Of a DNA stretch of 64,000 nt, positions 27,795 through 36,049 are shown one piece after another. The translations under genes and the position numbers were made by a program. Where the stretch lies: the NCBI GenBank assembly GCA_012517905.1, contig JAAYUE010000083.1:9070-73069 (forward strand), read 5' to 3'. The first letter of the stretch is position 1, and the number at the start of each line of letters is the position of its first letter. Below the pieces are notes generated by a model, which searched no databases, was not told where the DNA came from, and worked only from the letters and a program-made list of their open reading frames with translations. This DNA comes from Clostridiales bacterium (GTDB lineage: Bacteria > Bacillota > Clostridia > Christensenellales > CAG-138).

Positions 27795-30071
27795 ATGTAT
27801 AGCAAGGTTCAGTTGCCTGTTCGTATCAAAGAACTTGAAGACGAACTGTATTCGATTCGGACGCAGACATGCTACGAGCGGGCCAAGATCATAACCGGCT
27901 CCTATCAGAAGACCGAGGGACTTCCCACGGTGTTGAGGCGCGGCCGCGCGTTTCAGGACATTTTAACGCAGATGCCCCTCTATATTCGCGAAAAGGAACT
28001 GATCGTCGGTTCGCGCAGCTCGCATCTGGGCTGGGAGACCAGCTATCCGGAGTACGATCTGGAGGACCACGACGCCTGGCCCGAGGAAGTCCGCGCATAC
28101 TGGACGGGAAAAACGATACACGACCTGAGCAATCAACTCTATCCCCCGATCGTCCCCATATCGGAAGCGGAACACGTCTCCGGGTATACCACGGGGACCA
28201 AGACCGGCATCGGGCACGGAATCGCCGCGTATGACAAGGTTCTGCGCATCGGTTTTCGGGGCATCCTTGAGGAACTGGATGCCGCGCTGCAAACGGCGGG
28301 CGACGACCAAAGCGGCGTCGATTTTCTCAATGCGGCAAAAAGCGCCTGCACCGGAATGATCGCCTGGGCAAACCGATATGCGGATTTGGCCGAGAATCTG
28401 GCAAAAACGGCGAACGCCGCGCGCGCAAAGGAACTCGCCGACATCGCCGCCGTGTGCCGGCACGTGCCGGAGCATCCCGCCCGCAGCTTCAGAGAGGCGC
28501 TTCAGAGCTTTTGGTTCGTCCATGTCGCGCTGCACATCGAGCAGAAGGGCTGGTCGATTTCCACCGGGCGGTTCGACCAGTACATGTATCCATACTATCG
28601 GGCGGACATCGAAAAAGGTTTGATCACCGACGGGGAAGCGTTTGAACTGCTCCTGAATCTCTGGGTCAAATTCATGGAGAATATCGAAGGCGAGCTGAAA
28701 AAAACGCAGTTTCAAAACCTGACGCTCGGCGGACAGGATCAGGCCGGAAACGATCTTTCGAATGCGTTTTCCCACATGTGTCTGGATGCGACGATGCTGA
28801 CGGGCTATACGCAGCCGGCGCTGTCCGTTCGCTGGCACAGCGCCGTCGACCACGACTTCTGGGCGCATGCGATGCGCACGATCGCGACCGGGGTGGGAAT
28901 GCCCGCGCTGTTCAACGACGAAATCATCATGAAAGAGCTGGAGGCGCACGGCACCTCCGCAGACGACACGTGGAATTACGCCGTTGTCGGCTGTGTGGAA
29001 CCGGCCATCCCCGGAAAACAGATGGGGATGACCGCCGGCGGACATGTAAATGTCGCAAAAGCGCTGGAGCTGGCGTTGTTCAACGGGCGCTCGCTCTTCA
29101 CGGGCGTGCAGATGGGCCCCGCCACCGGCGAAGCGGCCGCGTTTTCCTCATTTGATCAGCTCTGGGAGGCATATGAAAAGCAGTCGCGCTATCTGATGGC
29201 GGTGACGCTGCTGACGGGCAATGTGGCGGGGACGGTGCAAAAGCTGCTGGGCCATTGCCCGATGCACTCCTGCCTGCTGGACGATTGCATTGCCAGAAGG
29301 CGCGATATGGTCGACGGCGGCGTTCGATACAGCCTTTCCGGGACGGCGGTGATTGGAACGCCCGACGCCTGCGACGGGCTGCTTGCGATCAAAAAGCTGG
29401 TATTTGAAGAAAAAAGATACACCCTGCAGCAGATCTGCCGGGCGATGGAAGCCAACTTCGAGGGTTATGAGGAGATGCGGCAAATCCTGCTGCATCAACC
29501 CTGCCGCTTCGGAAACGACATTCCGGAAGCGGATGAAATGGCAAACAAGGTCAACCGCGTCCATTCGGAGTTCTGCGTCGCGCATCCGGACATGCGCGGC
29601 GGGCACTATACCTGCGGAATCTGGCCCGTCAACGATCACGTCGCCGCCGGAAAATTCACCGCCGCGCTGCCCGACGGCCGGCACAAAGGCGCGCCTCTGG
29701 CCGACGGCGTGGGCGCCTGCCACGGCGCAGACGTCAACGGCCCGACCGCGCTGCTCAAATCCGTGGCGCGGCTGAACAACGTTCGCGATTGGCAGGGCGG
29801 AAACACCTGCAACATCAAGTTTTCGAAGATGAGCATCCATTCCCCGAAGGGAATCGAAACGATGGGCGATTTGGCGGAGACTTTCATGAAGCTGGGCGGG
29901 CAGGAACTGCAGATTAACGTCGTAGACGCAGCGACGCTCCACAAGGCGCAGGAGAATCCCGAGGAGTACGCCAATCTGGTCGTTCGCGTCGCAGGGTACA
30001 GCGCGTATTTTGTCACCCTGAGCAGGAGCATACAAGACGAGGTAATCGCGCGCACGGAGCAGGCGATTTGA
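27795..30071 (+). CDS. Glycyl radical enzyme, 1,2-eliminase-type active-site signature, 758 aa, substrate unknown
   Basis: C-terminal glycyl radical motif VVRVAGYSAYF (Gly734). Thiyl loop VVGCVEPAIPG has Cys400 and Glu402 and no Cys-Cys pair. AAGGAGGAG RBS. Confidence 0.92.
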   Translation: MYSKVQLPVRIKELEDELYSIRTQTCYERAKIITGSYQKTEGLPTVLRRGRAFQDILTQMPLYIREKELIVGSRSSHLGWETSYPEYDLEDHDAWPEEVRAYWTGKTIHDLSNQLYPPIVPISEAEHVSGYTTGTKTGIGHGIAAYDKVLRIGFRGILEELDAALQTAGDDQSGVDFLNAAKSACTGMIAWANRYADLAENLAKTANAARAKELADIAAVCRHVPEHPARSFREALQSFWFVHVALHIEQKGWSISTGRFDQYMYPYYRADIEKGLITDGEAFELLLNLWVKFMENIEGELKKTQFQNLTLGGQDQAGNDLSNAFSHMCLDATMLTGYTQPALSVRWHSAVDHDFWAHAMRTIATGVGMPALFNDEIIMKELEAHGTSADDTWNYAVVGCVEPAIPGKQMGMTAGGHVNVAKALELALFNGRSLFTGVQMGPATGEAAAFSSFDQLWEAYEKQSRYLMAVTLLTGNVAGTVQKLLGHCPMHSCLLDDCIARRRDMVDGGVRYSLSGTAVIGTPDACDGLLAIKKLVFEEKRYTLQQICRAMEANFEGYEEMRQILLHQPCRFGNDIPEADEMANKVNRVHSEFCVAHPDMRGGHYTCGIWPVNDHVAAGKFTAALPDGRHKGAPLADGVGACHGADVNGPTALLKSVARLNNVRDWQGGNTCNIKFSKMSIHSPKGIETMGDLAETFMKLGGQELQINVVDAATLHKAQENPEEYANLVVRVAGYSAYFVTLSRSIQDEVIARTEQAI

Positions 30072-30127
30072 ATACATGCCGTCCATCGGCAAAATGGATC
30101 ATTGCATTTTTATGAGGGGAACAGGTT

Positions 30128-31159
30128 ATGAGAAAAGTGATCGCAATCAGCATGGGAGACCCCGCGGGAATCGGCGGCGAGATCGTCGTCAAAGCGCTCA
30201 TGCAAAAAGAAATCTATGACAAGTGCGTCCCTGTCGTCGTGGGCGACTACGAAGCCATCCGCGACGCCAACGAGTTCTGCCATGCAAATCTGAAGATCAA
30301 TCGAATTTCGGAGGTGTCCGAGGCAGTCGGGGAAGCGGGAACGATCGACTTGATCGACATGGGGTTTCTCGCCCCGAACAGCTGGAAATACAAGCAGGTG
30401 CAAAAGCTCTGCGGAGAAGCGTCTTTCCGGTATGTGGAAAAGGTCATACAACTGGCCTTGAGCAATCAGGTGGACGCCACCGTCACCGGCCCCATCAATA
30501 AGGAGGCCATCAATCTGGCGGGGCACCACTATTCCGGCCATACCGAAATCTACGCCGACCTTACCCACACCAAGGATTACGGCATGCTGCTCATCAGCGA
30601 GCATCTTCGCGTCATTCACGTCTCCACGCACGTATCCATGCGCCAGGCCTGCGATTCCATCACGACGGAACGCGTACACGCCGTCATCAAGCTGGCGGAT
30701 TCCGGCATGCGGTCCCTGGGATTCGAGCACCCGAAAATCGGCGTCTCCGGATTCAACGCGCATTGCTCGGAAAACGGGCTGTTCGGAAACGAGGAAGCCC
30801 GCGCGATCATCCCCGCCATCGAGCAGGCGAAGCGGGAGGGGATCGACTGCGACGGGCCGGTTCCTCCGGATACCGTGTTTGTCAAATGTCTGGCGGGCCA
30901 GTATGACGTCGTAGTGGCCATGTATCACGACCAGGGGCATATCCCGCTGAAGTTGGACGGATTCAAGCTGGACCTGAACACGAACAAATATACCTCCATG
31001 AGCGGCGTGAACTGCACCATCGGTCTTCCGATCATCCGGACGTCCGTGGATCACGGCACGGCGTTCGGAAAAGCCGGAGAAGGAAGAGCGAACGCGCAAT
31101 CGCTGATCGACGCGATCGACACGGCGATATTGATGGCAAATAACAAATCAAGGAGATAA
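30128..31159 (+). CDS. PdxA-family NAD(P)-dependent 4-phospho-hydroxyacid dehydrogenase (PdxA2-like)
   Basis: MGDPAGIGGEI, YSGHTEIYA and AMYHDQGHIPLK motifs. Confidence 0.88.
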   Translation: MRKVIAISMGDPAGIGGEIVVKALMQKEIYDKCVPVVVGDYEAIRDANEFCHANLKINRISEVSEAVGEAGTIDLIDMGFLAPNSWKYKQVQKLCGEASFRYVEKVIQLALSNQVDATVTGPINKEAINLAGHHYSGHTEIYADLTHTKDYGMLLISEHLRVIHVSTHVSMRQACDSITTERVHAVIKLADSGMRSLGFEHPKIGVSGFNAHCSENGLFGNEEARAIIPAIEQAKREGIDCDGPVPPDTVFVKCLAGQYDVVVAMYHDQGHIPLKLDGFKLDLNTNKYTSMSGVNCTIGLPIIRTSVDHGTAFGKAGEGRANAQSLIDAIDTAILMANNKSRR

Positions 31160-31164
31160 AAACA

Positions 31165-32226
31165 ATGGAACGGAAAACGATGAAAGGCGTCCTGAAAAGC
31201 CTGCCGCAGGAAGGCGCAGAATACCGCGAAGACCTGCCGATTCCGGAAGTGGGCCCGCGGGATATTCTGGTAAAAGTGCAGGCGGCGGCGATCTGCGGCA
31301 CCGATCAGCACATCATCAACTGGACCGAGTATGCAAAGCAGCGCCTCACGCTCCCCATGGTGTTTGGGCATGAGTTCGCGGGCGACGTGGTCGCCGTCGG
31401 AAGCGACGTACACGAGCTGAGCGTGGGCGACCGCGTTGCGGGAGAGACCCATATCCCCTGCAACCACTGCTACATGTGCAAGACAAACCGGCGGCATAAC
31501 TGCGCAAATATGAAGATCATCGGCGTGCATGCTCCCGGCGCTTTTGCCGAATACATCTCCTTTCCGGCGGACTGCGCCTACAAGCTCGACGACGATATCA
31601 GCTATGAAATCGGGGCGATGCTGGAACCGATGGGCGTCGCCGTGCACGGCGTATCCGCGGGCGAGGTGAAAGGCTGCAATGTGCTGATCTTCGGCTGCGG
31701 GCCGATCGGCTTGATGGCCGTCGGCGCCGCCAGGGCGATGGGCGCGAAAAAGATCTTCGCCGCGGACGTTTTCGACGCAAAGCTCGAAATCGCAAAGGTG
31801 ATGGGCGCGGATGCCGTGCTGAACACCCGGGCGATGAGCGCGGACGAAGCCCGCGCAAAGCTGCTGGAATACACCGACGGCATGGGCGCGGACGTCGTGA
31901 TCGACTACACGGGAAACGCCGCCGCCCTTCAGCAGGGGTTTGGCATGCTTCGGAAAAACGGAACGTTCATCATGGTCGGACTGCCGGACAAGCCGATTGC
32001 GCTGGACTTGACGGACGCCATCGTCTATAAGGAGGCGACCGTAAAGGGCGTTACCGGAAGGCTGATGTACGAAACATGGGACGAATGCATCGATATCCTG
32101 AAAAACAGCGAGTTTTCGATGGAGCCGGTCACCGGCGGCGTCTATCCGCTTTCAAACTATATGGACGCTTTCAACGCGATCTTTTCCGGCGTCCCCGGAA
32201 AAATGCTCCTGATCCCCGGAAAATAA
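31165..32226 (+). CDS. Zn-dependent alcohol dehydrogenase, L-threonine-3-dehydrogenase-like
   Basis: AAICGTDQHIINW, GHEFAGDVVAVG, structural-Zn segment CNHCYMCKTNRRHNC, and GRLMYETW as in the Tdh family. AAGGAG RBS. Confidence 0.85.
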   Translation: MERKTMKGVLKSLPQEGAEYREDLPIPEVGPRDILVKVQAAAICGTDQHIINWTEYAKQRLTLPMVFGHEFAGDVVAVGSDVHELSVGDRVAGETHIPCNHCYMCKTNRRHNCANMKIIGVHAPGAFAEYISFPADCAYKLDDDISYEIGAMLEPMGVAVHGVSAGEVKGCNVLIFGCGPIGLMAVGAARAMGAKKIFAADVFDAKLEIAKVMGADAVLNTRAMSADEARAKLLEYTDGMGADVVIDYTGNAAALQQGFGMLRKNGTFIMVGLPDKPIALDLTDAIVYKEATVKGVTGRLMYETWDECIDILKNSEFSMEPVTGGVYPLSNYMDAFNAIFSGVPGKMLLIPGK

Positions 32227-32261
32227 GGACGTTGCCGAAGCGAAGAACGAAAGGAAACTGT

Positions 32262-33290
32262 ATGAGTAATATGATGCGTACGGCAATGGTTACGAAGCCA
32301 TTCACTGTCGAGATCGTTGAAAAGCCCGTCCCCAAATACGGGCCGGACGATGTGTTGATCAAGGTAAAGGTCGCCGGCGTGTGCGGGTCCGATCTGCAGC
32401 TGTACAGGGGGACCCACCCGTTCCGGCAGCCGCCGGCGGTGTTGGGCCATGAAGTGGCGGGCGACGTGATCGCCGTGGGGAGCAACGTTACGAAGCTGCA
32501 GGTCGGCAACAGGGTCGCCGTGCTTCCGCACATCGAGTGCGGAACGTGCGAGTTCTGCCAAGCGGACATGCAGAATCTCTGCGTCAACAAAACCGTTCCC
32601 GGAACGCCCAAGTGGGAAGGCACTTTTGCGGAGTATTTCTCCGCGCCCGAAGCAAAGACCTACAAAATCGCAGACGGCGTGAGTTACGAAATGGGCGCTT
32701 TGGTGGAGCCGCTTGCCGTAGCCGTGCACGCCGTCAGCCGCGTGTTATCCGACAAAAGAGGGTCCATCGCGATCCTCGGCTGCGGCACGATCGGACTGCT
32801 GACCTTGATGGTGGCAAAAGAATTCGGATACAAGAGGATTTACTGCACCGACACCGCGCCCTTCAACAACGAAATGGCGTTGAAGTGCGGGGCGAACATG
32901 GCGCTGAATCCGCTGGAAACAGACGCGGTGGAAGCCTTCCTGAAGGACAACGGCGGCGGCATGGACGTTACATTTGTCGCGGCCGGAAGCCCCGACATCA
33001 TCAACCATGCGTCGCGGCTGACCAAGCGTCTGGGTGAAATCGTGCTGATCTCCATGATCACCAAGGATATTCCGGTCTACACCTACGGCTTTGTGTACAA
33101 CGAGCAGACCCTGCGGGGGGCGATGACCTATCGCAATGCGGACTATGAGAAGGCCATGGAGCTGATCAACGGCGGGCTGGACCTCTCCATGTTCGTAACG
33201 CAAAACCTGCCTCTCTCGGAGGCGGGGTCCGCTCTGGAGATGCTGAACAACAAAAGCGGCGACATCATCAAAATAATGATCAACATGTAG
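32262..33290 (+). CDS. Zn-dependent alcohol/polyol dehydrogenase (sorbitol-dehydrogenase-like)
   Basis: Track ORF 32076..33290 trimmed to ATG 32262. GVCGSDLQLYRG, GHEVAGDVIAVG, CGTCEFCQADMQNLC, and Rossmann segment ILGCGTIG. Confidence 0.85.
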   Translation: MSNMMRTAMVTKPFTVEIVEKPVPKYGPDDVLIKVKVAGVCGSDLQLYRGTHPFRQPPAVLGHEVAGDVIAVGSNVTKLQVGNRVAVLPHIECGTCEFCQADMQNLCVNKTVPGTPKWEGTFAEYFSAPEAKTYKIADGVSYEMGALVEPLAVAVHAVSRVLSDKRGSIAILGCGTIGLLTLMVAKEFGYKRIYCTDTAPFNNEMALKCGANMALNPLETDAVEAFLKDNGGGMDVTFVAAGSPDIINHASRLTKRLGEIVLISMITKDIPVYTYGFVYNEQTLRGAMTYRNADYEKAMELINGGLDLSMFVTQNLPLSEAGSALEMLNNKSGDIIKIMINM

Positions 33291-33304
33291 AAAGATAAAA
33301 GGAC

Positions 33305-34594
33305 ATGATAAAACTTGTTGTAATTGCAGATGACTTTACGGGGGCGCTTGATACGGCGGTTCAATTTGCCAAGCGTGGAATCAAAACGCTTGTTACGGCT
33401 GACGCGACCGTAGATTTGGCTTCTTTCGACGAAGAAATCGAGGTCCTGACAATCGATATTGAAAGTCGGCATTTGAATAGTGAAGCAGCTTACGCCCGGG
33501 TGCAAAATACGGTTGCATTCGCAATGAGTTTATCGCCTCAGTGCATCTATCTCAAGACGGATTCCACGCTGAGGGGCCCGATCGGCGCAGAGTTCGCTGC
33601 GCTGTTGGACGAGACGAAGTCCGGAGCGCTGATGTTCATTCCGGCGTTTCCCAAGAATGGGCGCACGACAAAGAACGGCATTCAGTATGTCGACGGCATT
33701 CCCCTGTCCGACACGATTTTTGCAAACGACCACATCAACCCCGTCGTTGTCAGCCGGGTCAAGGCCGTCATCTCCAGCGGAACGAACAAGAAGGTGGTCG
33801 AAGTCCCCTTTTCGGAGAAGCATACGGAGATATCCCTGGAGGGAAGCCCGGACGGCGTAATCTATGTGTTCGACGCGGAAACGGACGAGCACCTGAGCAA
33901 GATCGGCGAAAACCTGTTCCGGCAGGGAAAATGCGGCGTGCTGTCGGGCTGCGCGGGATTTGCCGAGATCCTTCCCGACATATTCGAGCTCAGACAGCAT
34001 CCCATCGAACGATCGAAGACCCCGGGCAACGTCCTCATCGTGGTCGGAAGCGCAAACCAGATCTCCCTGCAGCAGATTTCGCTCGGAGAACTGTATGGGT
34101 TCGAGCTGTATTCCCTGTCTCCCGAGGAGAAAATCGGCACGACGGAGGAATGCGACGCCAAGCGGACGGCTCTGCTGAACAAAGCGAAGGAATCCTTGAT
34201 GGACAGTGGCAAGGTCATCGTCGCAACTTTGACCAGCAAGGACGACATCGACATCACCAACACGTATGGCGAGCAGGTCGGCATTCCCGCCGACCAAATC
34301 CCGGCGCTGACCGCCAACAACATCGCCTCCATCACCAAAGAACTCATCGGCAACGTGCCGATTGACAACCTGGTGATATTTGGCGGCGACACCCTGATGG
34401 CGATCATGGACGCGATTGCCTGCAAAGGGATCATCCCCTATGAGGAAATCGCCCCGGGCGTCGTAGCATCCAAAATACTGGGCGACAAGAACAATTTCAC
34501 GCTGGTCACAAAGGCCGGCAGCTTCGGCGAAAAGGACATCATCAGCAAGATATACCATTATCTTCAGAGCAGCGAGAATCCGTATCCGGCATGA
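33305..34594 (+). CDS. Four-carbon acid-sugar kinase family protein (DUF1537; OtnK/DtnK-like)
   Basis: N-terminal VVIADDFTGALDTAVQFAKRG hallmark. 429 aa, two-domain size typical of the family. Confidence 0.85.
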   Translation: MIKLVVIADDFTGALDTAVQFAKRGIKTLVTADATVDLASFDEEIEVLTIDIESRHLNSEAAYARVQNTVAFAMSLSPQCIYLKTDSTLRGPIGAEFAALLDETKSGALMFIPAFPKNGRTTKNGIQYVDGIPLSDTIFANDHINPVVVSRVKAVISSGTNKKVVEVPFSEKHTEISLEGSPDGVIYVFDAETDEHLSKIGENLFRQGKCGVLSGCAGFAEILPDIFELRQHPIERSKTPGNVLIVVGSANQISLQQISLGELYGFELYSLSPEEKIGTTEECDAKRTALLNKAKESLMDSGKVIVATLTSKDDIDITNTYGEQVGIPADQIPALTANNIASITKELIGNVPIDNLVIFGGDTLMAIMDAIACKGIIPYEEIAPGVVASKILGDKNNFTLVTKAGSFGEKDIISKIYHYLQSSENPYPA

Positions 34595-34634
34595 GCAAGG
34601 CTCCATCCGGGGGCCCGCCCGCGGCAAAGCAACG

Positions 34635-34672
34635 AAACGACGAGACCACCCGTTCGGGTGGTCTCGTCGTTT
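34635..34672. terminator. Strong bidirectional terminator between convergent genes
   Basis: AAACGACGAGACCACCC-gttc-GGGTGGTCTCGTCGTTT, a perfect 17-bp stem. Confidence 0.85.
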
Positions 34673-34680
34673 CAGGTCGT

Positions 34681-35817
34681 CTATTTCCTCTGCCCCGTTG
34701 CCGAGAGCAATCGAAACAGGTTTTCCACGGTCAGTCGATAGTCCTTCTTGCTGCGCAATCTCGCCTCGCTGAAGGGAATGGCAAGTTGGTTGGTGCTGAA
34801 GATGGCCGTGATGCCCTCAGCATATGCCTCCTCGATGTCGTCCCCGACATCGCCCACGACCGCGAGCACGGGGATGCCGGCGCGCTTGGCCCTGCGCGCG
34901 ACGCCGATGACCACCTTGCCGCGCAGGCTCTGGCTGTCCAGCTTTCCTTCACCGGTGATCACGAGGTCCGCGTCGCTGATGCGCGCCTCGAAGCACACCG
35001 TGTCCAGCACCGCCTCGATGCCCGGCTGCAGACGCGCGCCGAAAAACGCCACCATGCCCGCGCCCATCGCGCCCGCGGCGCCCGCGCCCGGCAGGTCCGC
35101 GACCCGCAGGCCGAGTTCGCGCGAAATCGCCTCGTCCAGCGCGCGCAACTGCGCGTCCAACTCTCGCACCAGCTCCGCGTCCGCTCCTTTTTGCGGGCCG
35201 AACACATGCGCCGCGCCGCGCGGGCCGTGCATGGGATTGTCGATGTCGCACATGGCGACGACCTCGATCCCCTGCAGCAGGCGCAGCGCTTCCGAATTGT
35301 CGATACGCGCAATTCTCGAAAGCGTCCCGCCCGTCGGAACGAATTCCTTCCCGCTTTCGTCCAAAAACTTCGTCCCCATCGCCGCCGCCGCGCCGCAGCC
35401 GCCGTCGTTCGTCGCGCTGCCGCCGAGACCTAAAATAATCTTCTTCGCGCCGTGTTCCAGTGCGTGCCGGATCAGTTCGCCAACGCCATAGGTCGTCGTG
35501 CGGGCCGGGTCTTTCTCGTCCCCTACCAGCGGCAGCCCCGCCGCCGCGGCCATCTCGACGACGGCCGTGTCGCCAAACCGGCCATAAAACGAAGAGAGTC
35601 GCTCAAACAGCGGCCCCGCCGCCTCGACCTGCACCTTTTCGCCGTCCAGACACTCCAGAAAGCTATCCACCGTACCTTCCCCGCCGTCCGCAACCGGCAG
35701 GCCGACGACTTCGCAGGCCGGAAAAAACCGCCTCGCCTCCTCGGTCACGATGGCGCAGATTTCGCTCGAGGTAATCGAGCCTTTGAACGAGTCGGACACG
35801 ACGGCAATCTTCTTCAT
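34681..35817 (-). CDS. glxK: Glycerate kinase (GlxK/GarK family)
   Basis: DSFKGS, GLGGSATNDGGCG and ITGEGKLDSQSLRGKV motifs. Confidence 0.9.
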   Translation of the reverse strand: MKKIAVVSDSFKGSITSSEICAIVTEEARRFFPACEVVGLPVADGGEGTVDSFLECLDGEKVQVEAAGPLFERLSSFYGRFGDTAVVEMAAAAGLPLVGDEKDPARTTTYGVGELIRHALEHGAKKIILGLGGSATNDGGCGAAAAMGTKFLDESGKEFVPTGGTLSRIARIDNSEALRLLQGIEVVAMCDIDNPMHGPRGAAHVFGPQKGADAELVRELDAQLRALDEAISRELGLRVADLPGAGAAGAMGAGMVAFFGARLQPGIEAVLDTVCFEARISDADLVITGEGKLDSQSLRGKVVIGVARRAKRAGIPVLAVVGDVGDDIEEAYAEGITAIFSTNQLAIPFSEARLRSKKDYRLTVENLFRLLSATGQRK

Positions 35818-36049
35818 CTTTTTCCTCCCGCGGCGCGCTTGCTTCAGCCGCCTCTGGCAGGCCGCATCTTCGGCGAACCATATAATAGCATGATTGTATC
35901 AGATTTCACGCCGAAGAAAATATTCTGCCGAACAAAAATAAGCGGATTCTTGCGTGCATTGTGTTTTTTCTGCGCGCTTGCTATACTGCAAATAAGGCAT
36001 ATTTCCGCCCGATCGAACCCCGATACAAGCCGCAGAGGAGGACAACGCA

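Noticed and set aside
32076-32261. Upstream extension of the second Zn-ADH ORF, overlapping the first ADH gene.
   Set aside because: The extension is Arg/Lys-rich junk overlapping the 3' end of the Tdh-like gene. ATG 32262 has its own AAAGGAAA RBS and begins the conserved ADH N-terminus.
34681-35817. Glycerate kinase as a member of the GRE/acid-sugar cluster.
   Set aside because: It is functionally tempting. However, it is on the opposite strand beyond a strong bidirectional terminator, and its GC content (48/60 in the sampled line) matches the flank rather than the lower-GC cluster. I treat it as a neighbour and mention it only as context.
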